Source: an uncultured bacterium (GTDB lineage Bacteria; CSSED10-310; CAZUFC01). From it: a stretch of 25,933 nucleotides of DNA. Both the position numbers and the translations under genes were made by a program. A model generated the notes under the pieces. That model worked only from the letters and a program-made list of their open reading frames with translations. It had not been told where the DNA came from and searched no databases. This document shows, one piece after another, positions 24,491-25,933 of the stretch (positions are counted from its first letter, which is position 1; each line of letters begins with the position of its first letter). The stretch spans positions 1 through 25,933 of the forward strand of contig CAZUFC010000111.1 in the NCBI GenBank assembly GCA_964619725.1, in the 5' to 3' direction.

Positions 24491-25750
24491 TTACGTCGTA
24501 TTTTTCCTAATCCTCCTCTCCGGCAACAACCAGACGGCCAGCCCGCCTGCCGCCAGGTACGTTAAAGCGCAGGCAATGAAAACGTATCGCATCCCGAACG
24601 CATAAGAAACTGCCGAGCCGATCAACGGAGCTAAAGCTCGCGCCGCAGCATTGACTGAATTATCTATGCCGAAAACAGCGCCTTCTTCGCCGATTTGCGT
24701 GTATCCGGCGAGGAGAGCGCTCACGGCCGGCAATATTCCCCCCATGCAGATTCCTGCCATAGCCTGGAGAACGATCAACTGATAGGGATATTGAATGAAA
24801 TATTGGGGAACATAAAGAACGGCTGCGGTTAAAACGCAAAAGACGACTATTTTTCTATGCCCGATTCGATCGCCCAATCTGCCGAGAAAAAATGCGCTCA
24901 AAGTGGTGAACCCGGACATTATGCCGAACATGATGCCTGTATATGAGCCGGCGTGACTCGAATCCTCCAGCAGGGAAACGATGAACAGCGGGGCAATCGG
25001 CATGATCATCATACGACCCAACTGGCTGGAAAATCGCATGGCATAAGCCGTCTTGACTCCTTTCTCATTTATTATATTCTTCCATTCGTCTATAAAACGG
25101 ATATTCTTCATTTCTTTCCCGTTACGGTTCGAATCGAATTGTTCTTTCACTCCGAACAAAACCAGCAAACCTGCGATAACCAGCATAACCCCCGTAACAT
25201 AAAAAGCAGCGCTGTATCCATAAGCGTCAGCTATCGGCCCGCCGATAAGAGGTCCCAAAGCCAATCCGCTGCCTAACCCCACCTGCAGAACCCCCATGGC
25301 GAATCCTGTCCTGTCCCTCGGCGTAACCGATGCCGCAAGAGCCCCGGCAGCGGAAATCGTCCCTGTGATCAATCCCTGCGCCGCGCGCAGGAGAACCAGT
25401 TCTTCTGATGACCTCACGAAAGCCATTAAAAAAAGTATCACGCCCCCTCCGAACATGGCCCGTTCAACCATGATTTTCCGTCCGTAGCGGTCAGCCAGAG
25501 CGCCCCATACCGGTGAAGCGACCATCATGGTCATGGCCTGCGCTGAAAAAACCAATCCGGCCATTATTTCCAGATTTATGCCCCACTTGCTGCCGAGTGA
25601 ATTCACATACAAGGGCAGAAAAGGATATATGCTGGAAAAACCAACGGCAGTGACCAACTCAGCAAGAAACAGAAAAACGATGGTCCTTTTCCAATGAGTC
25701 CCCGAATTATTCTTAACCGAATTCAAATTATTTTCATTTCCTGCAGTCAT
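24491..25750 (-). CDS. MFS transporter, DHA1 / MdtG-like drug:H+ antiporter
   Basis: PFLPLYV, SPVWGALADRYGRKIMVERA (MFS motif A), LRAAQG, GPLIGG, GRLGDRIG; about 12 TM segments. Confidence 0.93.
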   Translation of the reverse strand: MTAGNENNLNSVKNNSGTHWKRTIVFLFLAELVTAVGFSSIYPFLPLYVNSLGSKWGINLEIMAGLVFSAQAMTMMVASPVWGALADRYGRKIMVERAMFGGGVILFLMAFVRSSEELVLLRAAQGLITGTISAAGALAASVTPRDRTGFAMGVLQVGLGSGLALGPLIGGPIADAYGYSAAFYVTGVMLVIAGLLVLFGVKEQFDSNRNGKEMKNIRFIDEWKNIINEKGVKTAYAMRFSSQLGRMMIMPIAPLFIVSLLEDSSHAGSYTGIMFGIMSGFTTLSAFFLGRLGDRIGHRKIVVFCVLTAAVLYVPQYFIQYPYQLIVLQAMAGICMGGILPAVSALLAGYTQIGEEGAVFGIDNSVNAAARALAPLIGSAVSYAFGMRYVFIACALTYLAAGGLAVWLLPERRIRKNTT

Positions 25751-25858
25751 CTATCCCCAACAAATTTTAACTTTTTTTCTCATCATTCAGGCCGCACATT
25801 CTCAATCATACCGACCAACGGGCATCCGTTATACAGCAATATCATAAAAAAATCATCC

Positions 25859-25933
25859 TTATACCGTTTTAATCACGATATCGTCAAAGTAATTAGTTTT
25901 TGTCCATAAACGGCGAATTTTTCCCAATACTGC
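25859..25933 (-). CDS. Possible 3' end of a gene entering from the right edge (AVLGKIRRLWTKTNYFDDIVIKTV*), partial
   Basis: Open minus-strand frame from the window edge to TAA at 25861-25859. Confidence 0.25.
   Translation of the reverse strand, partial: AVLGKIRRLWTKTNYFDDIVIKTV

Overview
Bacterial genomic window with about 11 complete protein-coding genes and no recognisable rRNA, tRNA, CRISPR array or transposase. In order: a thiolase; a polytopic GT-C-like membrane protein; a 2587-aa secreted surface protein (Met/Cys-rich right-handed beta-helix with an exact 138-aa super-period, Pro/Thr stalks, CARDB/Ig/FN3-like domains, IPTL-CTERM-like tail); a minus-strand operon of exported TPR protein, stand-alone PqqD/RRE protein, ATP-grasp ligase and a degenerate ATP-grasp paralog; a divergent membrane-anchored TPR protein; a fused trehalose-6-P synthase/phosphatase; an ArnT/PMT-like glycosyltransferase fused to PA14 and beta-propeller domains; and an MFS transporter. 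Best candidates for something new: (1) the RRE + ATP-grasp + pseudo-ATP-grasp + TPR operon, which has no visible precursor peptide; (2) the poly-Met loops of the giant beta-helix; (3) four intergenic palindromic elements of consensus GCCTGTC-N33-GACAGGC, two of which bracket the trehalose gene in inverted orientation. All family calls come from motif recognition by eye, not database searches.
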